Source of the DNA: Candidatus Latescibacterota bacterium
GTDB lineage: Bacteria; Latescibacterota; UBA2968; GCA-2709665
Assembly (NCBI GenBank): GCA_963662665.2
Contig: CAXXJS010000026.1
Location: 1-50,311, forward strand
Reading direction: 5' to 3'
Length of the DNA stretch: 50,311 bases
Below, one piece after another: positions 45,456 to 50,311 of this stretch. The notes below the pieces were generated by a model. The model saw only the letters and a program-made list of their open reading frames with translations, searched no databases and was not told the DNA's origin. The translations under genes were made by a program, and so were the position numbers. Numbering within the stretch: the first letter of the stretch is position 1; every line of letters begins with the position of its first letter.

Positions 45456-45637
45456 CGTCGGCTTCCGAAATTGCTGGTCTCCACACCGGACCGCATTGCA
45501 TGGAAAGCCTTCTGTATCACACTTCTACCCTGTTTCCCGCCGGCATTCCTGAGTTTGTACCTCCAACCGGCCATCTTCTGACGTAGCGAAGACCTCGATA
45601 CATCTGGACTCGCGGATCCCGATTGTGGAGTTCACCT

Positions 45638-46804
45638 TCACCTCTGTTCCACGAATCGACAGAAACGGTCCATAGCGGGTTCCAATACGGACGGGTCTGA
45701 CGCGCAGCAAAGGCGTACCGATCCTTCCCCGCCTGCGCCGAATGCAACACCCGGAGCAACCGAGACTCTCCTCTGCCCGAGCAGCTCAAGCGCAAACGCG
45801 AAAGAATCGCTCAAGCCCTCTATTCGGGGGAAGAGGTAGAACGCGCCCTCGGGAGGACTGACGGTGATTCCCTCTGTCGAACCCAGCGCATCGTAGCAGA
45901 ACCAGATCCGCTGCCGGTAGGTTTCCACCATCTCACGAATTCCAGATTTTCCCTGCACGAGTGCAATCTCCCCGGCGCGTTGAACCATGGCGGGGGCGTG
46001 CGACACGATAAATTCGTTGAGCTGTGCGGCCCTGTCGACCAGATCCTGGCGAGAAACCACCCATCCCAGGCGCCATCCCGTCATGCAGTAGGTTTTCGAA
46101 AACGACTGTATCACGATAACCGCGTCGTTCCGGTCGCAGATCCGCAGAATGGACGGTGCGACGGGTCCGTTGTAGTAGATGTGCTCGTAAACCTCGTCGG
46201 CAAGAAGCCAGAGGTCGTTGCGACGGCAGAAATCCAGAAGTTTCCGCTGTTCGTCCGTCGAAGCGACCCAGCCGAGCGGGTTGGACGGCGACGAGAAGGC
46301 AAGCAGTTTTGTTCTGTGGCTGAGTGCCGATGCCAGAACGTCGAAGTCGATCGTATCGCGGTCGCCTGCATGGACAAACGGGATCTCGACCGCGCCGCCG
46401 CCGAAAAGGCTTACAATTGCCGCCGCATTGGGCCAATTCGGCGTGAGAATGATGGCTTCGTCACCGGGATCGATCACGCAGCGGATCGAGACGTTGAGGG
46501 CCTGGACGCCCGAAGCGGTAATGAGGATTTCGCCCGGGGCGAGGGTTACGCCGTGGATGTCGGCATATCTTGCAGCAAGGGCTTCCCGGAGGCCGGGCAG
46601 ACCGGCGTTCTCGGTGTAGAAGGTATATCCTTCGGCCAATGCCTGGACGGCCGCGTCTTTGATATAGCGGGGCGTGGGCAGGTCGGATTCGCCAAAGTGT
46701 AATTTGTAGACGCCATCCATGCCGAAGGCGACATCGGCCAGTTCCCGGATACGCGATGGCGCGACGTTGGAGAGGGTAGCGGCTAGAGGGATTGGTTGCG
46801 TCAT
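45638..46804 (-). CDS. Class I/II PLP aminotransferase (aspartate aminotransferase-like)
   Basis: SPSNPLG, DEVY, SFSKTYCMTGWRLG, PEGAFYLF. Confidence 0.95.
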   Translation of the reverse strand: MTQPIPLAATLSNVAPSRIRELADVAFGMDGVYKLHFGESDLPTPRYIKDAAVQALAEGYTFYTENAGLPGLREALAARYADIHGVTLAPGEILITASGVQALNVSIRCVIDPGDEAIILTPNWPNAAAIVSLFGGGAVEIPFVHAGDRDTIDFDVLASALSHRTKLLAFSSPSNPLGWVASTDEQRKLLDFCRRNDLWLLADEVYEHIYYNGPVAPSILRICDRNDAVIVIQSFSKTYCMTGWRLGWVVSRQDLVDRAAQLNEFIVSHAPAMVQRAGEIALVQGKSGIREMVETYRQRIWFCYDALGSTEGITVSPPEGAFYLFPRIEGLSDSFAFALELLGQRRVSVAPGVAFGAGGEGSVRLCCASDPSVLEPAMDRFCRFVEQR

Positions 46805-47089
46805 GTGTCCCGATGGGGTTGGAAAAGATCGGGCTTCCTCTGTGGGGCCAGGTCGCCGTGCGCGTGTTCCCTTGCAATGTCCTCTTGCGAAGGATCGGGG
46901 TTCGCAGTATCATATCTACGCCGCCGTGGCGGGGAGTCCCGCTTCGATCCCCGGTCCCGTTTCTGCGAGGAAGGGGGTGCGACGTACGGCGTCCGAAATC
47001 AGAAACGGCGGTTCGGACATGAAGCCCGGTCGACGGGGTACAAAGATAGGCAATCAGACCGGCGAATTCAATTGCAGGGAGATGAGGGT

Positions 47090-48136
47090 ATGAGGGGCGT
47101 CGTCTATCTCGGCGACAGCGAGGTCGAAGTCATGGATTTCGACCGGCCGGAACCGGGGCGCGGTCAGGTGGTTATCGAAATGAGGGTCGCGGGGTTGTGC
47201 GGGAGCGATCTGCACAAATACCATAGCAGCCGTGAGTGGGCGCGGGAACGGAAGGGCATGATTTCCGGACACGAACCGGCGGGGATCGTAGCCGAGGTGG
47301 GTGCGGACGTGGAAAATGTGGCTGCTGGCGACAGGGTTTCTGTCTATCACACCGTCGGGTGCGGTCATTGTGCGGTCTGTCACTCAGGCACGCCCGTGTT
47401 TTGCTCGGACCAGGGGGCGTTTGGCCGGACCCGCGACGGCGCTCACGCGGATTACATGGTCACGGACGCACGGTACTGCATGCCGTTACCGGACGATTTT
47501 TCGTTTGCCGTTGGAACGCAATTGGCGTGTACGGCAGGGACGGCGTTCTCGGCAGTGAACAAGGTGGCGAAGCGTCATGGCGATCCGCTTGTGGTGTTCG
47601 GATTGGGGCCGGTGGGTCTGACTACGCTATTGATGGGCGAGGCGATGGGATATCGGACGTTCGGCGTGGACATCAGTCCCTACAGGATAGATTTGGCAGA
47701 GCGTATCGGCGGTGGGGTCGTAATAAACGCGAGACAGACAGAGCCGGTCCGGGCGATCAACGATCTGACAGGTGGACTCGGCGCGGCCGGTGTCGTCGAG
47801 TGCTCGGGGAGCGGCGCGGCGCGCACCCAGGCGGCGGCGGTCGCGGGTTTGCACGGGACGGTGGTTTACGTGGGCGCCGGCGCTGAGTCGCTTGAGGTCG
47901 ACTTTTCGGATATCCTTCGAAAGGAGCTTACGCTCAGAGGCAATTCCGTGTATTCGATGGGCGCTTATTTCGATGCCGTCGCGTTCTTGCAGACCCACCG
48001 TGTCCCCCTGAACGATATCGTGACTCATCGCTTTCGCATTGAACAGGCGAGGGAAGCATTTGCAGTCTTCGATAGCGGGCAGACGGGTAAAGTAATTTTC
48101 GAGTGGGAAGACGGAGAAGGGTCGGAAATCCGATAG
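47090..48136 (+). CDS. Zinc-dependent medium-chain dehydrogenase (threonine/sorbitol DH-like)
   Basis: CGSDLH, GHE, CGHCAVC..C, GLGPVG; start ATG 47090 rather than the track start 46796. Confidence 0.93.
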   Translation: MRGVVYLGDSEVEVMDFDRPEPGRGQVVIEMRVAGLCGSDLHKYHSSREWARERKGMISGHEPAGIVAEVGADVENVAAGDRVSVYHTVGCGHCAVCHSGTPVFCSDQGAFGRTRDGAHADYMVTDARYCMPLPDDFSFAVGTQLACTAGTAFSAVNKVAKRHGDPLVVFGLGPVGLTTLLMGEAMGYRTFGVDISPYRIDLAERIGGGVVINARQTEPVRAINDLTGGLGAAGVVECSGSGAARTQAAAVAGLHGTVVYVGAGAESLEVDFSDILRKELTLRGNSVYSMGAYFDAVAFLQTHRVPLNDIVTHRFRIEQAREAFAVFDSGQTGKVIFEWEDGEGSEIR

Positions 48137-48143
48137 AGGAGAA

Positions 48144-49235
48144 ATGGAGGAAAGGAAAATGCCAGAGAGAACACGGGTGGGTATTATCGGATGCGGCGGC
48201 ATGGCCCGGTCCCACGCCAGCCGGATGAGCGAGGTGCTTCACAGGGTGGAGATTGCGGCGGTGGTGGATATCGATCTCGAGCGGGCGCGGGCGGTCGCCG
48301 AACACTTTCCCAATGACCCCGTGGTTGCGGCCGATTATGAGGCGGTCCTGGATCACGTCGACGCCGTTCTGGTCGTGCTTCCGCATCATCTTCACCATCC
48401 GGTAACGGTGGGTTGCCTGGATGCGGGCAAGCACGTACTCGTGGAAAAGCCCATGGCCAACAGCGAGCGGGAATGCCTCGAAATGATCGAAGCCGCTCGA
48501 CGGAACGACAGGGTTCTAATGGTGGCCTACTGTATGCGGTTTCATCCTTTGGTCCTGAAGTTCAAGGAGGTGCTGGATGAAAAGACGTTTGGCGAGGTCT
48601 TCCAGTTATCAATCTGGACCGAGCAGCACACCCGGCGCGAACCGGAGAGTTGGCACTGCAGAGCGGGTACTCTTGGCGGCGGCCAGTTTTTCAGCCACGG
48701 CTGTCACTACGTCGATTTGATGTTGTGGATGCTGGGCAGGCCGGTGAAGGGCGTGCATCTGGGTACCAATCGAGGTACGCCGTGGATGGAGAAAGAGGGA
48801 ACGAGCAACGTGAGCATAGAGTTTGAGGACGGTATCCTTGGATATCACTTCGGTACCTGGGGAGCCCGGGGCACCCGGCTCGGATACTCCTTTCACGCGC
48901 ACTGCGAGAAGGGGATGGTGGAACTGCATCTGCGCACGGGTCGCGTCGTGTACCTGGGTGACGTCGAAAAACACGTTCCGGGCGAGCACGATCCCGGTCA
49001 GCGGGAGATCGTGTTGATGGAGGAAATGCATGCCAAACCCACCGAGGTGGAGATGGCACATTTTGTCGACTGTATCGAGACCGGTCGCAAGCCCTTGACC
49101 GATCCCGTATCCAGCCTTGAAGGACTCAAGGTAATCTGGAAACTGTACGAGGCTGAGGATAGGGACACGGTAGCGGATCTGAGGGGTCTGGGCCTCGGCA
49201 CGATGGATGAAGCCGCCGTTCGCGCAGCCGATTAG
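48144..49235 (+). CDS. Gfo/Idh/MocA-family oxidoreductase
   Basis: GIIGCGG, GKHVLVEKPMA, GGG.FFSHGCHY; start 48144 or 48159. Confidence 0.93.
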   Translation: MEERKMPERTRVGIIGCGGMARSHASRMSEVLHRVEIAAVVDIDLERARAVAEHFPNDPVVAADYEAVLDHVDAVLVVLPHHLHHPVTVGCLDAGKHVLVEKPMANSERECLEMIEAARRNDRVLMVAYCMRFHPLVLKFKEVLDEKTFGEVFQLSIWTEQHTRREPESWHCRAGTLGGGQFFSHGCHYVDLMLWMLGRPVKGVHLGTNRGTPWMEKEGTSNVSIEFEDGILGYHFGTWGARGTRLGYSFHAHCEKGMVELHLRTGRVVYLGDVEKHVPGEHDPGQREIVLMEEMHAKPTEVEMAHFVDCIETGRKPLTDPVSSLEGLKVIWKLYEAEDRDTVADLRGLGLGTMDEAAVRAAD

Positions 49236-49307
49236 CGCGTATGTCCTGAAACGTACGGATATCCCGGCGTAAAACCAGAACATACTTCGACGTTTGGAGG
49301 AATTACA

Positions 49308-50276
49308 ATGGACCGTGTCGTGCTTGGCGAAAGCGGCCTGTCGGTATCCCCGATCGCCGTCGGCACGTGGCAGCTCAGTCCCCGGTTCTGGGGTCCGCAG
49401 TCGAAGGACGATGCGATGGCCGCGATGAAGTTCGCGTTCGATCGCGGAGTCAACTTTTTCGATACGGCGGAGGCCTACGGCGATGGCTATGCCGAGACCG
49501 TGCTTGGCGAGGTTGTGAAAGAACTGCCGAGGGACGAACTCGTGCTGGCGACCAAGGTGTTCAACCATTTCAATTCGGACGGGTCCCGGTATCCGGATCT
49601 TTCACCCGAACACATCCTGGCGCGCTGCGACATATCGCTCGCACGGATGGGCATCGAAACAATCGATCTCTACCTGTTGCATATGTTCGATCCGCTGACG
49701 CCGCTCGCCGATATCGCGGGAACCCTGGAAAGACTTCGAGAACAGGGAAAGATTCGCTGTTACGGACTGAGCAACCATCCCGTCGAACAGTGCCGGTCGC
49801 AGCGCCGCTTCGGCGCGTATAACGTAGTCCAACCGCCGTACAGCCTGATCGAACCGGCGGGAGAGAACGATCTGCTGCCCTGGTGCCAATCTGAGAATGT
49901 CGGGGTGATGATCTATTCCCCGATGCACAAGGGACTGCTGAGCGGGAAGTACACCGGAGAAGAGACGTTTGACGATTTCCGGATGAATCATCCGGATTTT
50001 CAGGGAGACCGGTTCAGAGAATTGTGCGCGAAGGTGCAAAGCCTTAAACCGATTGCGGAACGCAACGACCTCACAATTTATCAGTTGGCGCTGTCCGCCA
50101 CGCTGATGCATCCGGCGATTCACGTGGCCGTCTGCGGAATCAAGACGCCCGATCAGATCGCGGAGGCCGTGGGGGCGGCGGGGAAGTGCTTGTCACGCGA
50201 AGACTATTTCACAGTCCGAAATACGGTGGGGCCGGGCAGCCCGAAAATTCAGGACGCCGGCGGCAGCAGAAAGTGA
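49308..50276 (+). CDS. Aldo/keto reductase
   Basis: FDTAEAYG, ATKV, IDLYLLH, GLSN, QPPYSL, YSPM..GLLSGK. Confidence 0.95.
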   Translation: MDRVVLGESGLSVSPIAVGTWQLSPRFWGPQSKDDAMAAMKFAFDRGVNFFDTAEAYGDGYAETVLGEVVKELPRDELVLATKVFNHFNSDGSRYPDLSPEHILARCDISLARMGIETIDLYLLHMFDPLTPLADIAGTLERLREQGKIRCYGLSNHPVEQCRSQRRFGAYNVVQPPYSLIEPAGENDLLPWCQSENVGVMIYSPMHKGLLSGKYTGEETFDDFRMNHPDFQGDRFRELCAKVQSLKPIAERNDLTIYQLALSATLMHPAIHVAVCGIKTPDQIAEAVGAAGKCLSREDYFTVRNTVGPGSPKIQDAGGSRK

Positions 50277-50311
50277 ACGCCCATTGTCTGGCTGGATGTT
50301 GTCTCAAGGGG

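Overview
A GC-rich, gene-dense window from a Gram-negative bacterium. The gene repertoire (PorV/PorQ barrels, GWxTD proteins, a DUF6785-type transporter, dockerin-like EF-hand and NHL proteins, a sulfatase) suggests an FCB-superphylum lineage such as Latescibacterota or Gemmatimonadota; this is an inference. The left 17.9 kb holds a partial M28-fold gene, envelope genes (LamG lipoprotein, TPR protein, DUF4398 lipoprotein, L,D-transpeptidase and a degenerate paralog, PorV-like barrel, era, flippase-like protein), a 160-bp MITE, a holin-like small gene, an IS630, a metallopeptidase-PD40-Omp85 protein, an HTH-MBL hydrolase, rpiA and sucD. The centre (17.9-25.7 kb) is a self-contained operon: small beta-barrel, TonB-dependent receptor, a large protein with a T9SS-like C-terminal sorting domain, and its own PorV. 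This is the best candidate for an undescribed system, a SusCD-independent uptake cassette. The right half has two TPR-GWxTD proteins bracketing an aminotransferase/gamma-glutamyltransferase/transporter cluster, then an FGE-fold protein, an NHL protein, a sulfatase, a CocE/NonD hydrolase, an aminotransferase and three oxidoreductases. I recognised no rRNA, tRNA or CRISPR array. All family calls come from motif recognition, not database searches.
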